Shown here in pieces: positions 27,234-55,611 of a stretch of DNA of 64,000 nucleotides; position 1 is the first letter of the stretch, and each line of letters opens with the position of its first letter. The DNA is taken from the NCBI RefSeq assembly GCF_009914755.1, contig NC_060943.1; one strand, written 5' to 3'. The position numbers were made by a program, and so were the translations under genes. Under the pieces are notes generated by a model. The model was not told where the DNA came from. It saw only the letters and a program-made list of their open reading frames with translations, and did no database searches. Origin of the DNA: the human T2T-CHM13v2.0 reference genome, Homo sapiens.

Positions 27234-28158
27234 TCAAAACAAAATATCTGTAAATCCAACCTTAATGGTTAAGTTTCTCTCCTCCTTTCAGCCCTGAACT
27301 TTGACCCATCCTCCACAGCCTAAGGAAGCACCCACCCAATCCCTCCTTTATAAACCATCCTAAAAACAGACTAACCTCAGGAAAAATATTCTCTGACCTA
27401 GGATCCGATTTTGCACTTTCCACTCTGCCCTCTCCTCCCACCTATTCCTAATCTTATTTGTTCCTCCCCATGAATGAAAAACTTTTTTAGGGGAAGAGGA
27501 GGGGAGACAGGGTCTTGCTCTGTTGTCCAGGCTAGAGTACAATGCCAGAATCATTGCTCACTGGAGCCTTGATCTTCTGGGCTCAAGGGATCCTCCCACC
27601 TCAGCCTCGGCTGGGACTATAGGTGTGCACCACCACAATTTTTTTTAATTTTGTAGAGAGATGGTCTTACTATGTGTACAGGTTAGTCTCAAACTCCTGA
27701 CCTCAAGCAATCCTCCTGTTTCGGCCTCCCAAAGTGCTGGGATTATAGATGTAAGCCGCCACTTCCACCAGAAAAGCCTTTTTCTGCCTAACCTCTGGGA
27801 TGCTTGCAGATCTTGTATCTACTGCTTTCACCTTTTCGTTATACTCCTTTCACATAAAGTCACTTCTTACCTAACTCCAGATTTCTTGTATTTGAGGATG
27901 TCTAGAAACAACTCTCTCAAATCATGGGAGCCCATGGTTTACTGTTATTATCTGAACAATTAACTATTACAACCTCAGACAGGGTATCACCCTCCCAACT
28001 ATGCCTATGTGTGCATCCCCAGCTTCCCAGTGGTCTGTAGCTTCTCTCAGTATAAAGGACCCCTCCCCTGGTTGGAGTGATAAGGCTGGGATGCCTGCCA
28101 AGTTCTACCCAGGAAGAACCAACTGGGACTTCAATGACCTCCCTTTGCAGGCTCTTAG

Positions 28159-28557
<399 letters not shown>

Positions 28558-28665
28558 TGAAGAATCCAGCAAAATCACTCAAACTTACCATTTATGTATA
28601 TAGGAGGAAAGGAAACTGTAAGACATTTGTATTCTTTTTTTTTTTTTTTTTGAGACGGAGTCTAG

Positions 28666-28836
<171 letters not shown>

Positions 28837-30375
28837 TAGCCAGGATGGTTTCCATCTCCTGACCTTGTGATCCGCACACCTTGGCCTCCCAAAGTGCTGG
28901 GATTAAAGGCGTGAGCCACCGTGCCCGGCCAATTTTTTGTATTTTTTAGTAGAGACGGGGTTTCACCATGTTAGCCAGGATGGTCGCGATCTCCTGACCT
29001 CGTGATCCACCTGCCTTGGTGCTGGGATAACAGGCGTCAGCCATCGCGGCTGGCAAGACATTTGTATTCTATAGCTTAAACATGAAAAGCACATTTATCT
29101 ATCCCTTTCAGACAATAGAGACCTCACATTATTGTTACTTCCATGACAACTTCTTTACTAATATTTAATTCACTAATATTTAATATTTCAAAGTCCCATC
29201 TGATAGGATTTAGCATTAATCACCAAAGTCCAGATGAAAGGATACAGAACAGTTATCCATTACGACAAAATCTCTACCCTGCAAAGGAGAAGATATTTTA
29301 GAGAATCTCTGTATTTCACCAATTAATGTGGAAATGTATTCGTTTCTCTGTAGCCATAATGGAAGACTGAATTTCCCTACTTATCTGAGATTCTTATCCG
29401 CAGTAGCATTCTCAAGGCTAAGTTCTGGGATTGATCTGAAATCACCCAAAAGAAGAAAATAGACCTGAGAAACCTACCATACATACATGTTGCGGAGACG
29501 AAACTACACAAATAAGATTTTTTAACAAATTGAATGTAAGACTAGATAATTGTTTTCCCTCAAATCTACTTTCTGCCTCTTTCTCCCCTTTGTGACCCTC
29601 CCTTTGCGAACACTTTATCTTGTCTTTCAAGCACTACTGATAAAATACATTCTACATTTAATGAAAAACAGGATCAAATAAGCAAATAAACCTTTTCAAG
29701 GGTTTACAAACCCAGGGAGAGGCAATGCTGACCTGGAATACAGACATTTATCTGATTCCAATGTCAGGTGAGGTCACCCTATCCCCTAGGACATCTCCCA
29801 GCCCCACCCTGGCTCACTGAGTGCTCAGTGACCAACCTCCCTGAAGACAGTGAATTGTGCCCTGCTCACTCTGCCCCAAGCGCATTTTAACTTTCAGGTT
29901 CTCGCACCATTTCAATGGAGCAGGTTTTCCTTCTCCTTTGAGATAGTTTTCCTCCCTTCACTAGACTAAAAACAATCCAGAGGTCAGGAATCATTTGTGC
30001 CTTTTCCTCTCAGTAACAGCCTAAGATTGGGTAACCATCAATGTGTCCCTAAGGAACGGAAACTGGGGTTGAGGAAGAAAAGCTGAGCGTCCCAAAGGGT
30101 AAACTTTTCAGAGGAAGGGGATACCGGGAGACTCCTCCCACCTCAGGGCATACAGCTGCTCCCGTGAGAGGCCCCACCCCTACACCTTAAGCTGTCCTCT
30201 GGGAGGAGTGACCCAGGGGTTGATAATCACTAGATCCTCCAAGAGAAGTGGCAGCTGTGGGTATCCTGGGTCAGGCCCAGGCAGTTCTGAAAATCAGGAC
30301 CAGGAAAAGATAGAGGGCCACATCACCTTGTAAAGTTTCCAAAGGGGAAACTCCACCCAAAGACATTCTGATTAG

Positions 30376-30742
<367 letters not shown>

Positions 30743-30856
30743 TCAGGTTCTTATTCTCCGTTTCCCTCTCAGGTTACAAGTACACAAACAAGAGGCCGGG
30801 CGCGGTGGCTCACGTCTGTAATACCAGCATTTTGGGAGGCGGAGGTGAGCGGATCA

Positions 30857-31168
<312 letters not shown>

Positions 31169-31339
31169 TCAAACAAAAAACAGCTGATAATGTTGATTTG
31201 GCGAGGGGAGGTCACCTTTGGGAATGCGGGGAAGGAACCGGAAATTTAGGCATTTATTTCCAGCCCCAGAAAAAGCTAGGCTAAAAAAAACGGGAGTCGT
31301 AGGTTTGAGATTCTTTTTCCAGTACGTTTGGAAGACTCG

Positions 31340-32330
31340 GAGGAAGACCAGTCCCCCGGAAAAAAAGACGATGTACTGGGAAGGCCACAGCCCACAGCTC
31401 TTCCCATGCACGAACCGCACACCCGAGACGGGATTCCGCCTTATGACCCTCCCGTGTCCCAGCACAAACAATCTGGAGAGAGGCGGGGCTGCGGGCGCGG
31501 AGCTGCCCAGACAGGGCTCCGAGGCCGGGGCCGCAGTCGCCGCGCAGGGACGGGACAGGACGCCTGGGGTACTGGCTACGGCCCAACCCACCCTGCGGCC
31601 GAGGGGACAGAGGGCCGAGCTGCGCCAGGGAACTCGGGTCCCAGACCCTGGAGTCGCTGCAGGGAGGCCAGGGTGCTTCCACAGCCGGTTCCGGCCGGTT
31701 CCCACAAGCCCCTCCCCCAGTCTCCAGGCGCCCGGCCCCGCACACGCACCATTTCCTGGCTTCCAGGGTGTCCCGGGGTCCTGCCTACGGCTCTCTCCGG
31801 CCTGTGCAGGTCCCAGCGCGCCAGACGCTGCGGTGGAGCCACCGGGGCCACTGGAGAAGCGGAGACCGGAACCCAAACGCAGCGGACACGAAACAGGAAG
31901 ACCCCGCGGAGTTGTTGAACATTGCCCCCTGTCCCCCTTGCAGAGTTCCTGATTGGATGGTTTGCAGGTTCCCGCCCCAGTGCCCCTGATTGGGTGATGA
32001 TTCAAGTCCTGCCCCCTTGGTACTGAGTGACAGGAGAAGCAATGCGGTATGTGGCTGAGTAAAGACAGATTGACAGGGTCTTGGCCACTGCCCTTCGCGG
32101 GCCGGGCTTCCTCCTTCTGTAACCTTCTGTGCCGGGGAGGATATTTGCATTTAAGCAGAAAGTGTTTCAGGCTCTGCAGAGGTGACACTGGCGTGTTTCT
32201 GCACTCAGGGTGCCCTTCCTGCCTTTTCCTCCCGGACACAGAGTCACAAGTGTGCACAGGGAATGACAGACTCGGCGTCCAGTGGAGCCATCCCCTGGCC
32301 TCGGAGTAGGAGGCGCGCCCAGGCCAGGCC
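31340..32330 (-). promoter_or_regulatory. CpG-island promoter of ZNF564 with CCAAT and GC-box modules and an octamer motif
   Basis: High CpG density. ATTGG (CCAAT on minus) at 31952-31956 and 31989-31993; CCCGCCCC at 31971-31978; CCTGCCCC at 32008-32015; ATTTGCAT at 32143-32150. Confidence 0.8.
31750..31752 (-). CDS. ZNF564: ZNF564 exon 1 coding part (initiator ATG only); the 5' UTR extends to roughly 31.9 kb
   Basis: gccaggaaATG|GTgcgt inside the CpG island. An ATG-only phase-0 first exon is typical of this cluster and is in frame with exon 2. Confidence 0.87.
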
Positions 32331-32658
32331 AGACCACAGTGTAACAGGAGGGAGGAGGGCTTGCTTCTTTCAGGCAAGAAAATTAAAACGGACAAAGAAA
32401 TAAAAGTATTAAATGTATAGGAAAAACTGGAGTTTTTATGACAGCGATCATCTATAAAGAAACCAAGAGAAGTAAGCAAACATTTGAACTAGCTCAGACA
32501 AGCAGCCTGCTTCACCCGCAGTTCACAAGGAAAACCCACAATCATAACGTTAAAAATATTCCCAAGCGCCGGGCGCGGTGGCTCACGCCTGTAATCCCAG
32601 AACTTTGGAAGGCCAAGGTGAGAAAATTGCTTAAGGTCAGGAGTTCAAGACCAGCCTA

Positions 32659-32985
<327 letters not shown>

Positions 32986-33301
32986 TTAAGAATTCAACTT
33001 TGGGAGCTCAAGGTGCCCTCCAGTCCTCTCCTCACAGTGTGGAAACACTCTTTCCTTCAAAACCTTCATTTGTACCAGCAGGAAACTCTCACCCGGAGTC
33101 AATGTAAAGTCGTGACCTAAATAAATTGTCATGTTCCCAAACCTTTTCTCCAGGGGACAATGCAAACAAGTTTTTCACTGAGTCTGACCCTCACAGATTT
33201 TCTTCATGTATACAAATTACAGCCTGACTCAGCGACCCCATGAATGCTAAAACCAAAACACTGTCCAGGAAATGGCCCCAGGCGCCAAAGGTACAACCTC
33301 A

Positions 33302-33886
<585 letters not shown>

Positions 33887-34274
33887 TCAATCCCCTTTGC
33901 TGTTTGTTTGTTTTTAAGAAACTAGCAGAGTTCCTGCTTTCCTTCTGTGGTTATGTATAAGCTGGAAGACAAAAAATTCTAAAATACTTTATATGGATTT
34001 TAAAACTGGCAAGTAATGATTCCTTTGAGAAAACAAAGATATCAGCTATGCTATTATGATTTATACATTGGTTTCCATCCATGCTTCCTGACTCATAACT
34101 CCCATAGTCCTTGTTACAGTAAACAGAAACTCTCTCTCTCTGACCTTCTCCTGCCCCCCATTCACCTGTCCACTGCAGAACTCTAATGTGATCGTGGGTC
34201 ATAAGACTCTCACTCCAAAGAGTGTCCTGTCCTGTACACTGGGGAAAGGAATGCTACACAGAAGCCAAAAATTA

Positions 34275-34457
<183 letters not shown>

Positions 34458-34490
34458 TCAGGAGGCTGAGGTGGGCGGATCATGAGGTCA

Positions 34491-34712
<222 letters not shown>

Positions 34713-35146
34713 TCAGAAAAAAATATTTTTCTTTTTATTTATTATTATTATTATTTTGAGACGGAGTCTTGCTCTGTCGCCAGGCTGGAGTGCAGTGGCG
34801 AGATCTCAAGTTGCTCACTGCAACTTCCGACTCCTAGGGTTCAAGCGATTCTCCTGCCCCAGCCTCCTGAGTAGCTGGGATTACAAGTGTGTGCCACTAC
34901 GCCTGGCTAATTTTTGTATTTTTAGTAGAGATGGGGTTTCACCATATTGGCCAGACTGGTCCTGAGCTCCTGACATCAAGAGATCCACCCGCCTCCGCCT
35001 CCCAAAGTGATGGGATTACAGGCAAGAGCCACTGTGCCCAGCCTAATAATTTTTTGTCTCCTTTCTTTAAAACTGTTTTAGGTGTGGCGTCACATGGCGT
35101 GGCAGCACATGGTGTGGTGGTACATGCCTGTAATCCCAGCTACTCA

Positions 35147-35746
<600 letters not shown>

Positions 35747-35834
35747 TTATACCAGTGCTGGGGAGGACATAAGAGAAACTGGATTCTACTCCTACTCCTA
35801 CTCCTACTTTGGTGGTGGAAATGTAAAATGGTAC

Positions 35835-39465
<3,631 letters not shown>

Positions 39466-39683
39466 CCTGATTAGGACATTGTACTACAGCTATGCAACAT
39501 GTTACCATTGAGAGAAAATGGCTGTATAATTTCCTACATGTGAATATGCAATGACCTCAAAATAAATTTTTGTTAAAAAGTACACCACTGGCCAGGTGCG
39601 GTGGCTCACGCCTGTAATCCCAGCACTTTGGGAGGCCGAGGTGGGTGGATCAGGAGGTCAGGAGATGGAGACCATCCTGGCTA

Positions 39684-41688
<2,005 letters not shown>

Positions 41689-41869
41689 AAAATTCAAAAA
41701 GTGAGGTGAGAGGATCGCTTGATCCTGGGAGGTTGAGGCTGCAATGAGCCATAATCTTGCCACTGCACTACCTGGGAGTGACACCCTGTCTCGAAACAAC
41801 AACAACAACAACAACAAACTGGCACTCCACATTCAAAGGGAAGAGAATTAAACTCCATTTAAAGGGACT

Positions 41870-43040
<1,171 letters not shown>

Positions 43041-43149
43041 GGCTCAAGTAGAGTAAAAGACAGAAATGGCAAGAAAGTTAAACCCATCCCACTAGAGGTT
43101 TGTCATGGAGGGGACAGAGCGTTGGGTTTAGGCCTGAGCTTTGGAGTTG

Positions 43150-43620
43150 GAAAGAATTGAGTTCATACTTAGGCGGGGACCTTGAACAAGTCCCTTGAGT
43201 TCTCTAAACCTCAATAGCCCCTTCTGTAAAACGAAGATAATAAAGTTGTTGTGAGTGCACCTTGAAACTGCAAGACACATGTCTTAGCACCAGGTAGGCA
43301 CTCAATAAATAGAGGTAGTGCTATTCTTTTTATTAATGTCTTTCTAGTTGGTCATGCTAATGATATAGTGGGACAGGCAGAACTGGGTCTTCAAGACTTC
43401 AGGTGCCAGGCTGAGGAGCTTGGACTTGCACTTGAGAGCACTAGGGAGCCATGGGAGGTGTGTGAGCAGGGAAGAGAGAGAAAAATGTCCCTTTGGTGCC
43501 GAGGTGAATGACTAGGAATTGAAGTTTGGGAGACCAAGGAGGACACTTTGACAGGTACCCAGGTGAGTGTCTAGACCTGGGTGGTGGCAATTGGGATGAT
43601 GGGAGTGAGAAGAAATAAGT
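43150..43620. mobile_element. MIR followed by an L2 remnant
   Basis: gaccttgaacaagtccc...ctgtaaaacgaagataataa...gtaggcactcaataaata, then gcactagggagccatgggagg. Confidence 0.55.
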
Positions 43621-43626
43621 AGGTCA

Positions 43627-43782
<156 letters not shown>

Positions 43783-44049
43783 TCACGCCTGTAATCCCAG
43801 CACTTTGGGAGGCCGAGGCGGGCAGATCACAAGGTCAGGAGTTCAAGACTGGGCTGACCGACATGGTGAAACTCTTGTCTCTACTAAAAATACAAAAATT
43901 AGCCAGGCGTGGTGGTGCGTGTCTGTAATCCCAGCTACTCGGGAGGCTGAGGCAGGAGAATTGTTTCAACCCGGGAAGTGGAGGTTGCAGTGAGCCGAGA
44001 TCATGCTACTGCACTCCAGCCTGGGCAACAAGAGTGAAACTCTGTCTCA

Positions 44050-44370
<321 letters not shown>

Positions 44371-44881
44371 TCACTTTGCCTAGAATATTTTTTCTTGTTG
44401 TGTCTTCCTGAAATATTCTTACTGGTCTTTGGAGACACTGCCCAAAGATCCCTCCTCTGAGAATCTCCCTGGAACATGTGTGGTCCTGCAAAGCTGCTGC
44501 TCATGATGTTATCCTACAAACATCCAAATCCCGGCATATGAGTTTCTCTAGGGCAGTCTCTGGCTGGTTCCATTGTAGGATCTGTCCACGCCCTGCATAT
44601 GCCTGGTACCAAAAAAGGAAACTGGGTCTGCAGGACGTTGCTGCAGTTCAGGCATTGGCCGCGTGGGGGCAGAAGTGCACAGGTCAAAGCGTCTGGAAAA
44701 AGCCCTCAGGCTGCAGGACCAGCAGAGCATCACCAAGGACGTCCCTGGTTGAGAACTACGTCTTTTTATTCGTTTTAAAGGGGCGCATAGGCACTAGGAT
44801 CCAGTTTTGTCCACCTAACCCACCCACCCAGCGACACACGCCCCGCAGCCCATAGCTGGAGGATATTTACGCAAAACCTAA

Positions 44882-45256
<375 letters not shown>

Positions 45257-45361
45257 TAACTTAAACATTTTACATGGCATTTACAAATGCGATATTTTAT
45301 TCTTTAATCCTTTAAAATCTCTCCATCAATAAAACTCTTCAGAAGTCCTTACCAGTTGTTA

Positions 45362-45938
<577 letters not shown>

Positions 45939-46071
45939 TAGTAGAGATGGGGTTTCACCATGTTGGCCAGGATGGTCTCGATCTCTTGACCTTGTGATCC
46001 ACCTGCCTCAGACTCCCAAAGTGCTGGGATTACAGGCGTGAGCCACCGTGCCCAGCGAAACTCTGTCTTTA

Positions 46072-46770
<699 letters not shown>

Positions 46771-46836
46771 TCAGGAGATCGAGACCATCCTGGCTAACAC
46801 AGTGAAACCCTGTCTCTACTAAAAATACAAAAAATT

Positions 46837-47389
46837 GACTATAAATCATGCTGCTATAAAGACACATGCACACGTATGTTTATTGCGGCACTATTCACAA
46901 TAGCAAAGACTTGGAACCAACCCAAATGTCCAACAATGATAGACTAGATTAAGAAAATGTGGCACATATACACCATGGAATACTATGCAGCCATAAAAAA
47001 TGATGAGTTCATGTCCTTTGTACGGACATGGATGAAATTGGAAATCATCATTCTCAGTAAACTATCGCAAGAACAAAAAACCAAACACTGCATATTCTCA
47101 CTCATAAGTGGGAATTGAATAACGAGAACACATGGACACAGGAAGGGGAACATCACACTCTGGGGACTGTTGTGGAGTAGGGGGAGGGGGGAGGGATAGC
47201 ATTAGGAGATATACTTAATGCTAAATGACGAGTTAATGGGTGCAGCACACCAGCATGGCACATGTATACATATGTAACTACCCTGCACATTGTGCACATG
47301 TACCCTAAAACTTAAAGCATAATAATAATAAAATAAAATAAAATAAATAAATAAATAAAAATAGAAAAGAACTATGTACCATTAAAAAA
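46837..47389 (+). mobile_element. 5'-truncated L1PA (L1PA2-4-like) 3' end inserted in the middle A-rich linker of an AluY
   Basis: L1 ORF2 end and 3' UTR with ...gctaaatgacgagttaatgggtgcagcacaccagcatgg (GAG, non-Ta). 16-bp TSD AAAAATACAAAAAATT at 46821-46836 and 47390-47405. Alu left arm 46703-46836, right arm 47406-47568. Confidence 0.93.
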
Positions 47390-47871
47390 AAAAATACAAA
47401 AAATTAGCCGGGCGTGGTCGTGGGCGCCTAAAGTCCCAGCTACTCAGGAGGCTGAGGCAGGAGAATGGCGTGAACCCGGGAGGCAGAGCTGGCAGTGAGC
47501 CGAGATTGCACCACTGCACTCCAGCCTGGACGACAGAGCGAGACTCCGTCTCAAAAAAAAAAAAAAAAGTATTGAACTGTTGTTGATGATGTGAGCAATG
47601 GAGAATTAGGAGGGAAGTGTACAGCCTTGTGTAATTTATATTAACATGCGTAAAAATCGAGATGGATGAAGCGATATCTACAAAGAGATTAAAACAAGCT
47701 GGGCACGGTGGCTCACGCCTGTAATCCCAGCACTTTGGGAGGCCGAGGAGGGCGGATCACCTGAGGTCGGGAGTTCGAGACCAGCCTGACCACCATGGAG
47801 AAAACCTCTCTCTACTAAAAATATAAAATTAGCTGGGTGTAGTGGCGCATGCCCGTAATCCCAGCTACTCA

Positions 47872-47976
<105 letters not shown>

Positions 47977-49053
47977 TCAAAAAAAGAAAAAAAAAACACA
48001 CACAAATATATTCAAATATTAATTGCGTTATCTAGGGGTATGTGGGTGTTTAAGAGAACCTAAATCCTGTTATCCATAATAGCTACACCATTTTACATTC
48101 CCACTAACAATGAAAAGCATTCCAAATTCTATGGATCCTCACCAGCACTTGTTATTTTCTGTGATTTTGACGAACGTGAAGAATTATCTCTTTGTGCTTT
48201 TGATCTTCATTTCTCTTATGACTTGTAATGTTGAACGTCTATTCCTATGGAGGCTTTTTTTTTTTTTTTTTTTTTGCATTTTTTAAAGACAGGGTCTCAC
48301 TCTCTCACCCTGGAGTGCAGTAGTGCAATCACAGCTGACTGCAGCCTCGAACTCCTGGACTCAAGAGACCCTCCTGCGTCGATCCCAAAATGCTGGGATT
48401 ATAGGCATGAGCTACTGTGCCGGCCAATATCAAGACACTTTTCCAAGTGATGAGACCAGCCATTTAGTCTATCCTTAAAGAACTGAGTCATGGAAATTTA
48501 ATCATGTCAATAGTCTTTTTTACATTATTAACCAAACAAAAATGAGTTCCTTTTAAAGATTTTTTTAAGATTAGGAAATAGCTGGGCTTGGTGGCTCAAG
48601 CATGTAATCCCAGCACTTTGGGAGGCTGATTGCTTAAATCCAGGAATTTGAAACTAGCCCAGCCAACATGCTGAAATCCTGTCTTCACAAAAAAATACAA
48701 AAAATTATCGAGGTGAGGTGGCACATACCTGTAATCTCAGCTACTGGGGAGGCTGAGGTGGGAGGATCACCTGAGCCTGGGGAGGTTGAGGCTGCAGTGA
48801 GCCCTGATCCTACCACTGCACTCCAGCCTGGGCAACAAAGTGAGATCCTGCCTCCCAAAAAAAGTTGGAGCGGGGAGGCTGGGTGCGGTGGCTCACGCCT
48901 GTAATCCCAGCACTTTGGGAGGCCCAGGCGGGTGGATCATGAGGTCAGAAGATCGAGACCATCCTGGCTAACATGGTGAAACCACATCTCTTCTAAAAAT
49001 ACAAAAAAAATTAGCCGAGGGTGGTGGCGGGCTCCTGTAGTCCCAGCTACTCA

Positions 49054-49239
<186 letters not shown>

Positions 49240-49416
49240 TCACAAAATTGTTCTTGTTCAACAAAAGGAATGTGCAGGAGCACTGTCATGGTGGTGAAGG
49301 ACTCTCTGGTGGAACTTTCCTGGATATTTTTCTGCCAAAGCTTTGGCTGACTTTCTCAAAACACTCATAATAAGCAGAGGTTTTTATTCTTTGACCTTCC
49401 AGAAGGTCACACTTAG

Positions 49417-49665
<249 letters not shown>

Positions 49666-49989
49666 TGATCCACCCACCACGGCCTCCCGAGGGGCTAGGA
49701 TTACAGGCGTGAGACACTGTGACCGGCTGGTACTATGTTTTGAACATAGGAATTGTGAGGCCTCTAGCTTTGTTCTTGTTTTTCAAGATTGTTTTGGATA
49801 TTTCAGATTCTTGGAAGTTTCATATACATTTTCAGATTCTTTTTTCTATTTTTGCAAAAAAATGCCATTGAATTTGTTATGAATTGCATTGAATCTGTGC
49901 ATCAGTTTGAGTAGTGATTTACAATTGGATAATTTCACAATATTAAGTAGTCTAATCTATGAACTGGGGATGTTGTGAGAATATAGAGA

Positions 49990-51420
49990 AAAACAAATCA
50001 ACACAATTTCTCTGAGTGTTAGGCTTTTCCATACACACCCAGCAAGCAATTCTGCAGAGGATTCACCAGCTAGATATCCTCAAATTCTATTCAATTCCAA
50101 TACTATCTATCTGGAGATAGCATCACATCCCAAAGATCAAGGACAATGTTCCACAAGACTGTCCCTCATCTTAGATGCCAGTCACAAGCCAGGGCCTCTA
50201 GAACTTCTGGACCAACTTAAACACTGGGGTTCCGAAAACCCCTTCCTTGAGTTTAATTAGTGTGATATTTAATATTGAGTGTCAACGTGATTGAAGGATG
50301 CAAAATACTGTCCCTGGGTGTGTCTGTGAGGGTGTTGCCAAAGGAGATTAACATTTGAGTCAGTGGACTGGGGGAGGCAGACCCACCCTCAGTTTGGGTG
50401 GGCACCATCTAATCAGCTGCCAGCGTGGCTAGAATAAAGCAGGCAGAAGAAAATGCAAGGAGCTGACTTGTTGAGTCTTCCCGTCTTCATCTTTCTCCTG
50501 TGCTGGATGCTTCCTGCCCTCAAACATCAGACTTCAAATTCTTCAGCTTTGGGATTCTTGGACGTACACCAGTGATTTGCCAGGGTCTCTCGGGCCTTTG
50601 GCCACAGACCGAAGGCTACACTGTCGGCTTCCCTAACTTTTGAGGTTTTGGGATTTAGACTGATCCACCACTGGCTTCCTTGCTCCTCAACTTACAGACT
50701 ATCGTGGGACTTTACCTTGTGATTCTGTGAGTCAATTCTAATAAACTCCCTTTCATATATACAGATATCCTACTAGTCTTTCCCTCTAGAGAACCCTGAC
50801 TAGTACGATTTGCTAGAACAGCTCAGAAAACTCAGAGAAACATATTAGTTTAATTTACCCCCCTTTTTTTTTTCTGAGACGGGGTCTTGCCTTGTTGCCC
50901 AGACTGGTCTTGAACTCCTGGGCTCAAGCGATCCTCCCACCTCAGCCTCTCAAGTAGCTGGGACTACAGGCTCATGCCACTGTGCCCAATTTTGTTTACC
51001 CACTTATTACAAAGAATATTACAAAAGATACAGGTGAACAGCCAGATGGAAGAGATGTATGACTCTAGGTGTGACACCTTTCAGGAACCTCCACACGTTC
51101 AGCTCCCCAGAAGCTCCCGGACCCAGGCCTTTCAAGTTGAATGGAGTCATCATTATGTAGTCATGACTGATTACATTATTGCCCATTGTTTATCAACTTA
51201 ACCTTCAGTCCATCTCCCCACTCTGGAGGTCCAAAGGAATGGAGCTGAAAGTTCCAATCCTATAATCACATGGTTATTTCCTTTGCTACCTGCCCCCCCA
51301 TCCTGAGGCTATCCAGCAGGCCCAAGCCATCAGTCAACTCATTAGCATACAAAATGTCACTTATCACTTTTAAGACTCAAAAAATTTTAGGGGTTATATG
51401 ACAAGAAACGGGAAGAAGAT
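49990..51420. mobile_element. MER21-family LTR, host of the MLT2A
   Basis: MER21-like motifs (gatgccagtcacaagcc, tttgctagaacagctcagaaaactcag, ctcattagcatacaaaa). Confidence 0.6.
50261..50807 (+). mobile_element. MLT2A (HERV-L) solo LTR
   Basis: tgtgat...gagtgtcaac...gggtgtgtctgtgagggtgttgccaaaggagattaacatttgagtcagtggactggg...ctctagagaaccctgacta; flanks attag/atttg. Confidence 0.88.
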
Positions 51421-51429
51421 TGCTATGGT

Positions 51430-53780
<2,351 letters not shown>

Positions 53781-53801
53781 CAGGCCAGGTGAGGTGGCTC
53801 A

Positions 53802-54206
<405 letters not shown>

Positions 54207-55218
54207 TTAGTGCATTACAGAGATGTTAAAATTAAAAATTTTAACCCGGGAGGCGGAGATTGCAGTGAGCCGAGATCGCGCCTCCAGCCTGGGCAACAGG
54301 GAGACTCCATCTATAAATAAATAAATTAATTAATTAAATGGGGCCTAGCTATGCTGACCAGGCTGGTCTCAACTTCCTGGGATCAAGTAATGCTCCCACC
54401 TTGTGTCCTAAAGCACTGGGATTACAGGTGTGAGCTACTATGCCTGGCCTCACGTTGACATCTGATCTCCAAAGCAGCTGTTTTGAGAGGTGCGGCCAGG
54501 TGGCAGGTGTTTGGGTCAAAAAGGCAACTCCATCACAATAGATTAACGCCCTTCTGTTATTGCTTTCACAGGAATGGTTCCCACGAGAGTAGGTTATTAA
54601 AGGGTCTGTCTTCCTTGATGTCCTCTTACTTCCTGTCTCACCACGTGATCTCTGCACACGCTGGTTCCCCTTCTGCTTTCTGCCGCAAATGTAGGCAGGT
54701 GAAACCCTCTCCAGATGCAGCCTGAACAAGATTTTACTAATGAGAAGAGCACGAAGTCTTTCATGAGGCATCTACCCTATGACTTAAACACCTCCCACTA
54801 GGCCTAAAACCACTACACTGGACCATATTTCAATAACTATGGAGAAGACATTGAAACCCTAGCAGGAATTTCCTGGATGACAACAGATGCTTTACATAAT
54901 TTAAGGATACTGGGATTTATTCAGGTTTGAATACGTTTGTTGAGCTACAGGAATGCCACAGGGGTTGTCCCTTATAACCCAGAGGATCAGGGTCTCTGTT
55001 GAGATAGAGGCATGGGCAGCGGCAGCAGCAGAGGTACTTAAAGGTCCAGCTGAGTGTGAACTTCAGGACACCATCTAATGGTAGCTTCCCCACCTTCTCT
55101 TCTTTCGCATTTTTTCTTTTTTCTTTTTTTTGAGATGGAGTCTCGCTCTGCTGCCCAGGTTTATGTGCAGTAGGGCAATCTTAGCTCACCGCAACCTCCA
55201 CCTCCCAGGTTCAAGTGA

Positions 55219-55611
<393 letters not shown>

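Noticed and set aside
31169-32479. 436-aa minus-strand ORF and overlapping 244-aa and 196-aa plus-strand ORFs
   Set aside because: Stop-poor GC-rich CpG island with no recognisable domain; they span the ZNF564 exon 1 donor.
46837-47389. L1 as an active L1HS-Ta element
   Set aside because: Only about 0.5 kb long and carries the older GAG diagnostic rather than ACA.
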